From assembly GCA_035549495.1 (NCBI GenBank), contig DASZQV010000007.1:251601-315600 (forward strand): DNA of 64,000 nt, in the 5' to 3' direction. A program made the translations under genes and the position numbers. Position 1 is the stretch's first letter. Each line of letters opens with the position of its first letter. Source of the stretch: Rhizomicrobium sp. GTDB taxonomy: Bacteria > Pseudomonadota > Alphaproteobacteria > Micropepsales > Micropepsaceae. A model generated the notes under the pieces. That model did not search any database, was not told where the DNA came from, and was given only the letters and a program-made list of their open reading frames with translations. Shown one piece after another: positions 8,174 through 17,862 of this stretch.

Positions 8174-9166
8174 TCAATAGGTTCTAAGGCTTCCAGTTCT
8201 CGAAGCGGTAAGCGCGAGCACCGCGAAGCTCGCGAGCCAGTGCTCGCCCATATAGTCGCCCGCGACATGGCCGAGCGCGGCTTCGATGTGCCGCTCGGCC
8301 GCGTCGCCGAAATCGGCGCCGAGGGCGCGCATGCACCAGGCGCGGCTCAAATTCACGCCGTCGAGATGGACGATCTTGCCGTCCCTGCGGTCGCTGACGA
8401 TGGCGGGCTCGAACAGCACCTTGGGCTCGCGCGCGGCGCGACGCGGCAGGAAGGCGTCGAACCACGGCGCGAACTCGTCGGCGGGCAAAAGGCGCTTCAT
8501 GCACAGAGCCTCGATCAGGGTCGGCGACAGGAAGTCGTCGCCCGACGGCTCCCACGCCGGCGCGTCGCAGTCGTTGCCGAACCAGCGCCGCGCCGCGCGG
8601 GCGAGCAGCGCGCGCAGCGCCTCGTTGCCCACAGCGCGGGCATAGTCCTCGGCCAGGACCAGCGCGAACGCCGTGTTGCCGTGCGTGCCGGCCCGGATCG
8701 GATAGGTGAGCTTCGGCAGATAGTCGAAGAAGCGCGCGACGAACGCGTCCTCGAGCGGCTTGAAGGTCCCGGCCCAGCTCCGGTCGCCCTCGCGCCCGAG
8801 CTCGGCCGCGAGCATCAGCGCCCAGGCCCAGCCGTAAGGGCGCTCGAAGCCGCCGGCCGTGAGACGCGTCAGATAGGCGGCCTCGTCGGCGACCTTGTCC
8901 TCGACGAAGGCGTCGTCGAACAGCATGGTGATGTCGCCGACATGCGCGTTGTCCGGGAACAGGCGCAGCAGCCGCGCCAGCATCCAATAGCCGTGCACGC
9001 AGGAATGCCAATCGTAGCTGCCGTAGAAGATCGGATGCAGCGCGCGCGGGGTTTGCGCGTCCTCCGCTTCTTCGAGCACATGGTCGAGCTTGTTGGGATA
9101 TTCGCGCCGCACATGGCCGAGCGCGATCCGCGCGAAGCGTTCGGCGAGGGCCTGGTCCAGGATCAT
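8174..9166 (-). CDS. DUF2891-family protein
   Basis: Track ORF 8174..10144 trimmed to MILDQALAERFARIALGHVRREYPNKLDHVL... The motifs YGSYDWHSCVHGYW and RPYGWAW are recognised as DUF2891. ATGA overlap with the upstream gene. Confidence 0.8.
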   Translation of the reverse strand: MILDQALAERFARIALGHVRREYPNKLDHVLEEAEDAQTPRALHPIFYGSYDWHSCVHGYWMLARLLRLFPDNAHVGDITMLFDDAFVEDKVADEAAYLTRLTAGGFERPYGWAWALMLAAELGREGDRSWAGTFKPLEDAFVARFFDYLPKLTYPIRAGTHGNTAFALVLAEDYARAVGNEALRALLARAARRWFGNDCDAPAWEPSGDDFLSPTLIEALCMKRLLPADEFAPWFDAFLPRRAAREPKVLFEPAIVSDRRDGKIVHLDGVNLSRAWCMRALGADFGDAAERHIEAALGHVAGDYMGEHWLASFAVLALTASRTGSLRTY

Positions 9167-10095
9167 ATCCACCTCTTGAAGACGGTGAGCGCCATCAGCG
9201 CCATGTTGGCGGCGAGCAGGACGAACGCGGTCGGCGCCTGGACCTTGATCACCTTGTAGCGGTCCTTCAGCTCCAGCACCGCGGCGGGCACGATGTTGAA
9301 GTTCGCCGCCATCGGCGTGAGCAAGGTGCCGCAGAAGCCCGACAGCATGCCGACCGCCGACATGATCACCGGATCGCCGCCGAATCTGTGCACGATCAGC
9401 GGCAGGCCGATCCCTGCCGTCATCACCGGGAAGGCCGCGAAGGCGTTGCCCATCACGATGGTGAACAGCGCCATGCCGAGGCAATAGATCACGACCGCGA
9501 CCGGGCCTGTGTCGATCGGGATCGTGGCCGTCACCACCTTGGCGACCGCATCGCCCATGCCCGCGGCTGCGAACACCCCGCCCAGCGCCGCCAGCGCCTG
9601 CGGCAGCACCGCCGCCCAGCCGACGGAATCGACGAGGCGCCGGCCTTCGCGCATCGCGGTCATCGGGCCTGCGCGCACGATGGTCATCGCCAGCGCGAGG
9701 CCCGCCAAGGCGCCGAGCGCGAGCGCGACCAAGGTCACGTCCTTCGGCACGACCCAGCCGGTGCGCGGCAGCAGAAGCGTGCCGAGCACCGTCACGAACG
9801 GGATCGCGAGCGCCGGCACGAACAACCGATTGCCGAGCCGCGACGCGGAGGCTTCGCGCGCCGGCGCGTCCGTCGTCACGATCGGCTTCGGCTTCAGCCC
9901 TATCGCCGCGAGCAGCGCCAGCACGATCACCAGGGCGCCGCTTGCCAGCGGGGCGAGCCACGAGCCCGCGCCCATCAAGACCGCGAAGCAGCCCCAGAAC
10001 AGCGCGCTGCGCCAGGCGCGGTCGAAGGCCTGGTCGAGCGCGAAGCCGGCGAACAGCAGCCCGACCAGGACATAGAGCTGCTCCAGTCCGATCAT
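9163..10095 (-). CDS. DUF979-family membrane protein (putative transporter subunit)
   Basis: Trimmed to MIGLEQLYVLVGLLFAG... Polytopic membrane protein. ATGA overlaps on both sides. Confidence 0.8.
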   Translation of the reverse strand: MIGLEQLYVLVGLLFAGFALDQAFDRAWRSALFWGCFAVLMGAGSWLAPLASGALVIVLALLAAIGLKPKPIVTTDAPAREASASRLGNRLFVPALAIPFVTVLGTLLLPRTGWVVPKDVTLVALALGALAGLALAMTIVRAGPMTAMREGRRLVDSVGWAAVLPQALAALGGVFAAAGMGDAVAKVVTATIPIDTGPVAVVIYCLGMALFTIVMGNAFAAFPVMTAGIGLPLIVHRFGGDPVIMSAVGMLSGFCGTLLTPMAANFNIVPAAVLELKDRYKVIKVQAPTAFVLLAANMALMALTVFKRWI

Positions 10096-10745
10096 TTGCG
10101 GAGCCTCCGGTCGAGCAGCACCAATCGGGTGGCGTGGATCGCAAACGCCAGCAGCGCGGTCGGGATCGCCCATACCGCGAGCTGTGCAGGCGCCACTATG
10201 ATGCCGTTCTGCTCGAGGAAACCCTTGATCAAGAGGATCGAGCCGATGGCGATGAATACGTCCTCGCCGAAGAACACGCCGATATTGTCGGCTGCCGCGG
10301 CATGGGCGCGCACGAGCTCGCGCGTGCCGTCGTCAAGCGGGCGCTCGCGCTCGGCCGCGGCTTCGGCCATGGGCGCGATCAGCGGCCGCACCATCTGGAC
10401 CTGTCCGCCCAGCGCGGTCAGCCCCAGCGCCGCCGAAACCTGGCGTAGACCGAGATAGACGATGAGCAGCCGCCCCGTGGTCGCGGCCCGCATCCCGGCG
10501 ATCAGGGTCCGCGCGCGCTCGCGGACGCCGCCGCGCTCGATCAGGCCCACGACCGGCAGGACGATCCACACCACCGTGACGAAGCGGCTGTCGACGAACG
10601 ACTTGCCGAGCGTGGCCACGACGGCGGGAAGGTCGATGCCCGCGCACAGCCCCGTCACCAGGGCCGCGAGCACGACGACGAGCAACGGGTTCAGCCGGAC
10701 GGCGAACCCGATGACGACGACGGCGATCCCCAGCAGAACGAGCAT
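10092..10745 (-). CDS. DUF969-family membrane protein (putative transporter subunit)
   Basis: MLVLLGIAVVVIGFAVRLNPLLVVV... Polytopic membrane protein, always paired with DUF979. Confidence 0.8.
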   Translation of the reverse strand: MLVLLGIAVVVIGFAVRLNPLLVVVLAALVTGLCAGIDLPAVVATLGKSFVDSRFVTVVWIVLPVVGLIERGGVRERARTLIAGMRAATTGRLLIVYLGLRQVSAALGLTALGGQVQMVRPLIAPMAEAAAERERPLDDGTRELVRAHAAAADNIGVFFGEDVFIAIGSILLIKGFLEQNGIIVAPAQLAVWAIPTALLAFAIHATRLVLLDRRLRK

Positions 10746-10776
10746 GCGGGCGCGAGTGTCTTTGAATCGCGCCCGC
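10746..10776 (-). terminator. 10-bp GC stem-loop between the rcnB-like stop and the DUF969 start
   Basis: GCGGGCGCGA (10746..10755) pairs with TCGCGCCCGC (10767..10776). The stem abuts ATG 10745. There is no T-run. Confidence 0.4.
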
Positions 10777-10787
10777 TTGTCATCACA

Positions 10788-11345
10788 TCAATAGAACACG
10801 TCGTACTCCACTGCGATGACCTCGCCGGTGTAGCGGTCGACCAGCACCGCGTCGTCGCCGTCGCGTACCCAGATATAGCCGGGCGGCGGCGCTTCGAGGC
10901 CGTAAGCCGCATAGCCTGTCAGGAAGAAATCCGCGGCCAGCAGCACCGCCGGGATGCGCTCGCCGATGGCGAAGCGGCGATAGGCGAAGCCGCGCGGCGC
11001 ATGCCACGTGCCGATGCGATAGCGGTGCGGCGCGCGACGCGTCCAATGGAAGCCCGCGACGGGATGGTTGCGGCCCGGCGCCAAGTGGTTGCGGCCCGGC
11101 GCCACCGTCACCTTGCGATGCACGGTCGTCTCGTGATGCGCTGTCGTGCGCCGCGTCACCACGGTGCGATGCGGCGTCACCCGGCGCGTCACGGTGGTAT
11201 GCCGCTGAGGCGTCCGATGGACCTCGCGATGCACCACCGTGCGGTGCTGTCGATTGTTGCTGTTATTGTTGTGATGCTCGGGCGCGGCCAAGGCCGGCGC
11301 CGCCGTCAGGGCAAGCGCCAGAGCGCCCGCAAAGACCATTTTCAT
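10788..11345 (-). CDS. RcnB-family periplasmic protein with His/Arg/Thr-rich repeat region
   Basis: Signal peptide MKMVFAGALALALTAAPALA. The C-terminus (PPPGYIWVRDGDDAVLVDRYTGEVIAV) is typical of RcnB-like proteins. The central region is HREVHRTPQRHTTVTRRVTPHRTVVTRRTTAHHETTVHR. Confidence 0.7.
   Translation of the reverse strand: MKMVFAGALALALTAAPALAAPEHHNNNSNNRQHRTVVHREVHRTPQRHTTVTRRVTPHRTVVTRRTTAHHETTVHRKVTVAPGRNHLAPGRNHPVAGFHWTRRAPHRYRIGTWHAPRGFAYRRFAIGERIPAVLLAADFFLTGYAAYGLEAPPPGYIWVRDGDDAVLVDRYTGEVIAVEYDVFY
11066..11107. repeat. 21-bp tandem duplication inside the rcnB-like gene
   Basis: GGTTGCGGCCCGGCGCCAagt followed by GGTTGCGGCCCGGCGCCAccg. It encodes APGRNHL/APGRNHP. Confidence 0.85.
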
Positions 11346-11404
11346 GTCGAAACCTCCGGGACCCGAACTCGTAAACCGATCAGGTCCCGGAAAGTTTCAC
11401 GCCT

Positions 11405-13420
11405 CTACCACACCTGCACGCGATCCTTCGGCGCGAGGTACAGCTTCTCGCCCGGCTTCACGCCGAACGCCGGATACCAGGCGTCGAGATTGCGCACGGT
11501 GACGCCGCGATACTGCGCGGGCGCGTGGCCGTCGGTCATGACCTCTTGCCGAAGCGCCGCGTCGCGCTGCTTGTCGCACCAGCTCTGGGTGAAGGCGAGG
11601 AAGAAGCGCTGGTCGCCCGTCATCCCGCCGATGACCGGCGCAGGCTTGCCGTTCAGCGACAGCAGGTAAGCATCGTGCGAGGCCGACAAGCCCGCCACGT
11701 CGGCGATGTTCTCGCTCAGGGTCTGCTTGCCCTTGATGGCGAGGTCGGGGAACGGCTTGTAGTGATCGAACTGCGTCGCCAGCGCCGCGCCCGCGCCCTG
11801 GAAGTGCTTGAGGTCGTCCGGCGTCCACCAGTTGAGCAGCCGGCCCTGGGCGTCGAACTGGCTGCCCTGGTCGTCGAAGCTGTGACTGATCTCGTGGCCG
11901 AGCGTGGCGCCGATCGAGCCGAAATTGAACGCATCGTCCGCGCCCGGATCGAAGAAGGGCGGCTGCAGGATCGCAGCCGGGAAGAAGATGCCGTTGGCGA
12001 GCGGATGGTTCACCGCGTTCACCTCCTGCGGCACCATCGACCACTCCTTGCGGTCCACGGGCCGGCCCAGCTTGGCGAGGTTGCGCTTGTACTCATAGAC
12101 CTCCGCGCGCTGCTCGTTGCCGAGCGCGTCGCCGCGCACGACGTCGAAGCTGGAATAGTCGCGCCAGGTGTCGGGATAGCCGACGCCAACATAGAGCGTG
12201 TCGAGCTTGGCCAGCGCCTTCTTCTTGGTCTCCGGCGACATCCAGTCGAGCTTGGAGATGCGCACGCGATAGGCGGCGATCAGGTCCTTGACCATCGCGT
12301 TGATGCGCGCCTTGGAGGACGGCGGGAAATACCTGGCCGCATAGAGCTTGCCGACCGCTTCGCCGAGCGAGGCATTGGTCGAATCGATGGCGCGCTTCCA
12401 GCGGTCGCGGATCTTGGGCGTGCCCGACAGCGCCGTGCCGTAGAACGCGAAGCGCTCGTCGACGAAGGCCTTGGGCAGCACGCCCGCATAGTGGTCGATG
12501 GTGTGGAACGTCAGGAACGCCTTCCAGGTCGCGACCTGCTCGCTCGCCACGAGCGCCGAGATGCCCTTCACCGCGGTCGGATGCCAGACGATGAAGTCGT
12601 TCTGCTTGTCGAGCGAGGCCGCCCGCCAATAGGCGTTCCAGTCCATGCCGGGGGCCTTGGCCGCGAAGTCCGCGCGCTTCCACGGGTTGTTCGCGGTGTG
12701 CACGTCCTCCGACGCTTCGCGCGTCGCGTGGCTCTTGGCGATCTTGGTCTCGAGATCGAAGATCGCTTGAGCCTTCTTGTCGGGATCGGCGACGCCGGCG
12801 AGCTTGAGCACGTTGGCGACGTGCTTCTTGTAGGCGTCGCGGAGCTTGGCCATCGGCGCCGACTGCTCGAGATAATATTCGCGGTCGGGCATGCCGAGAC
12901 CGCCCTGCAGGATGTATGGGACGTTGTGGCTCGGGTCCTCGAAGGCCTGGCTGACCCACATGCCGAAGACGTGGTCGGTGTAGAAATTCGTCGAGTTCAG
13001 CGCGTCCACGTCGTTGCGCAGGGTCGAGCCCAGATAGGACGACAGGCTCTGCTTGTCCTTGATCGCATCGACCTTGGCGAGCTCGGGCTTCAAGGGGCTA
13101 AGGCCCTTCTTCTCGATCGTCGCTTCGTCGAGATAGCTCGCGTAGAAATCGCCGACCTTCTGCGCGTCCGAGCCGTGCGGCGGGTTGGCCTTGGCCGCGT
13201 CCTGGATCAGGCCGCGCACCTGCTCGCGGGTCTTCTCGATGAGCAGCTCGCCCGGACCGGTGCTGGCACGGTCGGCCGGGATCTCGTGGCTCTTGAGCCA
13301 GCCCCCATTGGCGTAAGTCCAGAAATCGTCTCCGGGTTTCACGGAGCGATCCATCATCGCGGGATCGACGCCGTGGAGGGCGGCGGCGGCAACGGCGGCG
13401 AGCAAGGCAGTGCGGAGCAT
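11405..13420 (-). CDS. pepO: M13-family zinc metallopeptidase (PepO / endothelin-converting-enzyme-like), periplasmic
   Basis: Trimmed to MLRTALLAAVAAAALHG (signal peptide). HExxH present as GHEISHSFD; also ENIADVAG and the N-terminal M13 motif KPGDDFWTYANGGWL. Confidence 0.9.
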   Translation of the reverse strand: MLRTALLAAVAAAALHGVDPAMMDRSVKPGDDFWTYANGGWLKSHEIPADRASTGPGELLIEKTREQVRGLIQDAAKANPPHGSDAQKVGDFYASYLDEATIEKKGLSPLKPELAKVDAIKDKQSLSSYLGSTLRNDVDALNSTNFYTDHVFGMWVSQAFEDPSHNVPYILQGGLGMPDREYYLEQSAPMAKLRDAYKKHVANVLKLAGVADPDKKAQAIFDLETKIAKSHATREASEDVHTANNPWKRADFAAKAPGMDWNAYWRAASLDKQNDFIVWHPTAVKGISALVASEQVATWKAFLTFHTIDHYAGVLPKAFVDERFAFYGTALSGTPKIRDRWKRAIDSTNASLGEAVGKLYAARYFPPSSKARINAMVKDLIAAYRVRISKLDWMSPETKKKALAKLDTLYVGVGYPDTWRDYSSFDVVRGDALGNEQRAEVYEYKRNLAKLGRPVDRKEWSMVPQEVNAVNHPLANGIFFPAAILQPPFFDPGADDAFNFGSIGATLGHEISHSFDDQGSQFDAQGRLLNWWTPDDLKHFQGAGAALATQFDHYKPFPDLAIKGKQTLSENIADVAGLSASHDAYLLSLNGKPAPVIGGMTGDQRFFLAFTQSWCDKQRDAALRQEVMTDGHAPAQYRGVTVRNLDAWYPAFGVKPGEKLYLAPKDRVQVW

Positions 13421-13670
13421 GAAACGGTGTCCCCTGTGTGAAGCGGGCGGGACCTTAGCGCGTCGCGGCGAACGGGCAAAAAACAACGCCGTGATGACCC
13501 GGGATGACACGCAGTTAATGAAGCCCACCCGCTATTTCGCCGGCTCCGCGCATCCCGCCGGTCGGCCAACGCATTTGCGCATGCCTTCTCACGGACAATT
13601 GAGGCCGGCTTGCCTTCTTTCGGACACGGCACGTCACAATCTTCTTGGCACGCGCCACAGGGAGGGAGCC

Positions 13671-16600
13671 ATGCGTGCGCTTACCGAGGCCGGCATCAAG
13701 AGCCCGGCTGCGATCGCGGTCAGCGTCGCCGTCACGATCCTGTTCGGCCTCTTCGCGATCTATTCGCTGCCGATCCAGCTCTTCCCCGACATCGACCGCC
13801 CGCAGATCGGCATCGAGACCGATTGGCGCGCCGAGACGCCGCGCGAGGTCGAGAGCCAGCTGATCGAGCCCGAGGAGGAAGTGCTCCAGGGCCTGCCGGG
13901 CCTGCAGGAGATGGACGGCTTCGCCAATGCCGGCGGCGGCTATGTCGCACTGACCTTCGCGCTCGGCACCGACATGAAGAGCACGCTGGTCGACGTGATC
14001 GGCCGCCTCAACCGGTTGCCGCCCCTCCCCGCGGACGCGCAGAAGCCCTTCGTCCAGCTCGCCTCGACCCAGGACGCCAACGCGCTGCTGCTCTACGTCT
14101 TCATGCAGAAGCTGCCGCACAATTCGCGCGACGTGAATTCCTATACCCAGTGGTTGAAGGACGTCGTCATCCCGCGGCTGGAAGCCGTGCCGGGCGTCGG
14201 CTCGGCGCAGATCAACTCGCGCGGCGGCACCGACGAGATCGACATCGTCTTCGATCCGATGCGCGCGGCCCAGCTGGGCGTGCAGATCCCCAGGATGGCG
14301 CAGCAGATCTCCGGCGCCGAGGACGTCTCGGGCGGCACCATCGACGTGGGCCGGCGCCAATACGGCATCGAATTCCGCGGCCGCTATTCGGTCGAGGCGC
14401 TGAAGAACCTGATCCTCGAATGGCGCGACGGCAAGCCGGTGCATCTGGGCGACATCGCCGACGTCCATGTCGGGCGCAGCAAGAAGTTCGGCTTCTCGTA
14501 CCAGAACGGCAATCCCGCCATCGGCATGCAGGTGTTCCGCGCGCAAGGCGCCAACGTGCTCGCCACCGTCAACGCGGTGAAGGCGGAGCTTGCCAAGATC
14601 AACGACAGCATCGCCAAGGAGCAGGGCGTCAAGCTGCAATACTCCTTCGACCCGTCGCACTTCATCAACCAGGCGATGGGCATGGTCACCTCCGACCTGA
14701 TCCTCGGCATCGTGCTCGCGGTCGGCGTGTTGTGGTTCTTCATGCGCGAGTGGCGCGGCACGCTCATCATCTCGGCCGCGATCCCGATCTGCCTGATGGC
14801 CGTGGTGATCCTGCTCAATGTCGCGGGCCGGACCCTGAACGTGGTGTCGCTGGCAGGGCTCGCCTTCGCGACCGGGATCGTGCTCGACGCCGCCATCGTC
14901 GCGTTCGAGAACATCCTTCGACTGCGAGAACGCGGGATGCCGGCGCGCGAGGCGGCGCAGGTGGGCACCGACCAGGTCTGGGGCGCGCTGCTGGCGACGA
15001 CCGCGACCAATGTCGCGATCTTCCTTCCGGTGATCTTCCTCAAGGACGTCGAGGGCCAGCTCTTTGCCGACCTGTCGCTGACCATCGCCTTCGCCGTGTT
15101 CGTGTCGCTGATCGTGGCGGTGACGGTGGTGCCCGTGACCTCGATCTACTTCCTCAAGACGCGGCCCAAGGTGTCGGACCTCGCCGGCACCTGGCGCGGC
15201 ATCACCAACGTGATCATGAACCTGACCGACACGCCGATGAAGCGGCGCGCCTGGATCGGCGGGCTGATCACGGCCTCGGTCGTGGGCACCTGGCTGTTCA
15301 TGCCGCCGCTGCAATACCTGCCGCAGGTCAAGCGCGCCGCCATCGACGGCTTCATCCAGCTGCCCGCCAGCACCACCGTCGACGTCGCGCAGAAGACCAT
15401 CGCCGAGCCGATCATGAAGCGGCTGAAGCCCTATCTGACCGGCGAGAAGCAGCCCAAGCTCCTCAACTATTACGTCCAGCTCGACGGGCCTGGCTTCATG
15501 GACATGGCCGTGCGCGTGCCCAACGACGAGGACTTCCCCAAGATCGAGAAGATCGTGCGGGGCGAGATCCTGAAGGACCTTCCCGACGCGCAGGCCTTCG
15601 CGCAGATGGGCAGCCTGTTCGGCGGCTTCGATGCCGGCGGCGGCGTCTCGATCAACATCCAGTCCAACAATCCCGAGGCGATGCGCGCCGCCGCGCGCAA
15701 GGGCTTCGACCTGCTCGCCAAGAAGTTCCCCGAAGGCGTGGTCAACACCAACCCGACGCTCGACTACGACCAGCCGCAGCTCCGCCTCACCCCCGACGAC
15801 CGCTCCATTGCCGAAGTCGGCTGGAACCGCAGCGACGTGGGGACGGTGCTGCAGGCTTTGGGCGAAGGCGCCTATGTCGGCCAGCGCTATGACGGCGAGC
15901 GCCAGCTGTTCCTGATCCTGAAATCGCAGACGCTGTCGTCGCCGGAGATGCTGTCGGGCGCGCCGGTGGCGACGCCGAACGGCGGCGTGGTCTCGTTCGG
16001 GCACCTGGTCAACATGCAGAAGACCCTGGCGCCCAGCGGCACCTATCGCCTCGACCGCCGGCGGACCTTCGCGCTCAACTTCGCCCCGCCGCGCGGCATG
16101 GCGCTGCAGGACGCGATGGCGGTGATCAAGAAGGACGTCGAGCCCGAGATCAAGAAGATGCTGCCGCCCGACGGCACCGTCACCTATGGCGCGGCTGCCG
16201 ACCACCTCGACAACGCGCTATGGAACATGGGCAAGAACTTCGCGCTCGCGGTGCTGCTGCTGTTCCTGATCATGGCGGCACTGTTCAAGTCGGTCGTCGA
16301 TTCCGCCATCGCCACCATCGCGCTGCCTCTCGGCACCGTCGGCGGCATGTTCGCGCTGTGGCTGCTCGGCAAGTTCGTGTTCCAGCCGCTCGATCTCCTG
16401 ACCATGATCGGCTTCATCATCGTGCTGGGCCTGGTGGTGAACAACACCATCCTGCTCGTCGCGCGCACGCGCCAGGCCGAAGCCGAAGGCATGACGCGCG
16501 TCGAGGCGGTGCGCTCGAGCCTGGAGACGCGCCTGCGTCCGATCTTCTCGAGCACGCTGACCGCGATCTTCGGCATGCTGCCGCTGGTCTTGGTGCCGGG

Positions 16601-16763
16601 ACCGGGCACCGAGATCTATCGCGGCCTGGGCGCCGTCATCGTCGGCGGCATCCTGGTCAGCCATGTGTTCACCCTAGTCTTGATGCCCGCCATGCTCCGG
16701 CTCGGCGAGAAGTCCGCCCGGGCCGAGCAAGCGCCGTTCACGCCCCTGAGGGAAGCCGCGTAA
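13671..16763 (+). CDS. RND-family efflux permease (AcrB-like, 12 TM, two large periplasmic loops)
   Basis: Track ORF trimmed to ATG 13671, preceded by GGAGGGA. Begins MRALTEAGIKSPAAIAVSVAVTILFG...LFPDIDRPQI... About 1030 aa, with typical ACR_tran architecture. Confidence 0.92.
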   Translation: MRALTEAGIKSPAAIAVSVAVTILFGLFAIYSLPIQLFPDIDRPQIGIETDWRAETPREVESQLIEPEEEVLQGLPGLQEMDGFANAGGGYVALTFALGTDMKSTLVDVIGRLNRLPPLPADAQKPFVQLASTQDANALLLYVFMQKLPHNSRDVNSYTQWLKDVVIPRLEAVPGVGSAQINSRGGTDEIDIVFDPMRAAQLGVQIPRMAQQISGAEDVSGGTIDVGRRQYGIEFRGRYSVEALKNLILEWRDGKPVHLGDIADVHVGRSKKFGFSYQNGNPAIGMQVFRAQGANVLATVNAVKAELAKINDSIAKEQGVKLQYSFDPSHFINQAMGMVTSDLILGIVLAVGVLWFFMREWRGTLIISAAIPICLMAVVILLNVAGRTLNVVSLAGLAFATGIVLDAAIVAFENILRLRERGMPAREAAQVGTDQVWGALLATTATNVAIFLPVIFLKDVEGQLFADLSLTIAFAVFVSLIVAVTVVPVTSIYFLKTRPKVSDLAGTWRGITNVIMNLTDTPMKRRAWIGGLITASVVGTWLFMPPLQYLPQVKRAAIDGFIQLPASTTVDVAQKTIAEPIMKRLKPYLTGEKQPKLLNYYVQLDGPGFMDMAVRVPNDEDFPKIEKIVRGEILKDLPDAQAFAQMGSLFGGFDAGGGVSINIQSNNPEAMRAAARKGFDLLAKKFPEGVVNTNPTLDYDQPQLRLTPDDRSIAEVGWNRSDVGTVLQALGEGAYVGQRYDGERQLFLILKSQTLSSPEMLSGAPVATPNGGVVSFGHLVNMQKTLAPSGTYRLDRRRTFALNFAPPRGMALQDAMAVIKKDVEPEIKKMLPPDGTVTYGAAADHLDNALWNMGKNFALAVLLLFLIMAALFKSVVDSAIATIALPLGTVGGMFALWLLGKFVFQPLDLLTMIGFIIVLGLVVNNTILLVARTRQAEAEGMTRVEAVRSSLETRLRPIFSSTLTAIFGMLPLVLVPGPGTEIYRGLGAVIVGGILVSHVFTLVLMPAMLRLGEKSARAEQAPFTPLREAA

Positions 16764-17849
16764 ATGAAGACCACGACCACGCAACTCTCCGTCGCCGGCG
16801 GCCTCGCAGCTGTCGTGCTCCTGGCCTCGCTGCTGCGCACGCCGCTGGCCTCCGCCGACCAAGCTCCGCAGGCGCCGCCGCCGCCCTCGGTCGGCGTGAT
16901 GGTGGCGAAGATCGTGCGCATGGCGCCCAAGCTCGCGCTGCCCGGCACGGTGATGTCGCGCAACGACAGCCAGCTCGCCAGCGAGGTCGAGGGCCGCATC
17001 GCCTGGGTCGCCGAGGTCGGCACGGTGGTGAAGGCCGGCGACGTCGTCGCGCGCATCGACAACAAGATGGCAAGCCTGCAGCTCCAGTCCGACAAGGCGA
17101 ACGCGGCGCGGCTGGCGGCGCAGCTGCGCTACGACACCGACCAGGCCTCGCGCATGGACAATCTCTTCAGCCAGAACGCCATCGCCAAATCGACCCGCGA
17201 CCAGGCGAAATCGACCAAGGACATGGACACGGCCGCGCTCGCCCAGGCGCATGCCAACATGCAGCGCAGCCAATACCAGTTCTCCCACAGCGACATCCGC
17301 GCGCCCTTCGCCGGCCGCGTCGTCGCGCGGCTGATCAATGCCGGCGAATACGCGACGCCGGGCAAGGCGATCGTGCGCCTCGTCGACACCGCGTCCCTGG
17401 AAGTGAGCGTGCAATCGCCCATCGACGCGGCGCATTACGCCGCCGAAGGCTCGCCGATGACCGTCGTCATCCAGGGCAAGCCCATCGCGGCGAAAGTGCG
17501 CGCCATCGTGCCCGTGGGCGACATCGCCAGCCGCACCATCGAGGTGCGCATCGCGCTGCCCGCCGGCTCGGCGCTGGTCGGCGACGCGGCCAAGGTGTTC
17601 ATGCCCGCCGCCCAGCCGCACAACGTGCTGGCGGTGCCGCGCGACGCGCTGGTGCTGCGCGAGGAGAACACCTATGTGTTCAAAGTGGACAGACACGGCC
17701 AGGCGCAGCGCGTCGCGGTCGAGACCGGCGCCGAGGACGGCAGCCTGATCGAGATCAAGGGGCTTGTGTCGCCCGGCGAAAAGGTCATCGTTCGCGGCGC
17801 GGAGCGGCTCGAGGCCGGGCAGAAGGTCCGCGCGATCGACGTGTCATAA
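16764..17849 (+). CDS. RND efflux periplasmic adaptor (membrane-fusion protein)
   Basis: Signal/anchor sequence, lipoyl/hairpin motifs (ASEVEGRIAWVAEVGTVVKAGDVVARID ... IRAPFAGRVVARLINAGEYATPG). The start abuts the RND stop (TAAATG). Confidence 0.9.
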   Translation: MKTTTTQLSVAGGLAAVVLLASLLRTPLASADQAPQAPPPPSVGVMVAKIVRMAPKLALPGTVMSRNDSQLASEVEGRIAWVAEVGTVVKAGDVVARIDNKMASLQLQSDKANAARLAAQLRYDTDQASRMDNLFSQNAIAKSTRDQAKSTKDMDTAALAQAHANMQRSQYQFSHSDIRAPFAGRVVARLINAGEYATPGKAIVRLVDTASLEVSVQSPIDAAHYAAEGSPMTVVIQGKPIAAKVRAIVPVGDIASRTIEVRIALPAGSALVGDAAKVFMPAAQPHNVLAVPRDALVLREENTYVFKVDRHGQAQRVAVETGAEDGSLIEIKGLVSPGEKVIVRGAERLEAGQKVRAIDVS

Positions 17850-17862
17850 CCGGGGGTACCAG

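Noticed and set aside
8174-10144. Long 5' extensions of track ORFs that fuse neighbouring genes. Examples are 8174..10144, 23264..25249, 38792..40516, 39802..40665, 4378..5928, 13410..16763 and 40265..42337.
   Set aside because: The extensions are Arg/Pro-rich nonsense that overlaps the real upstream gene in another frame. Internal starts expose family-typical N-termini or signal peptides and give ATGA/GTGA coupling. I therefore trimmed them.
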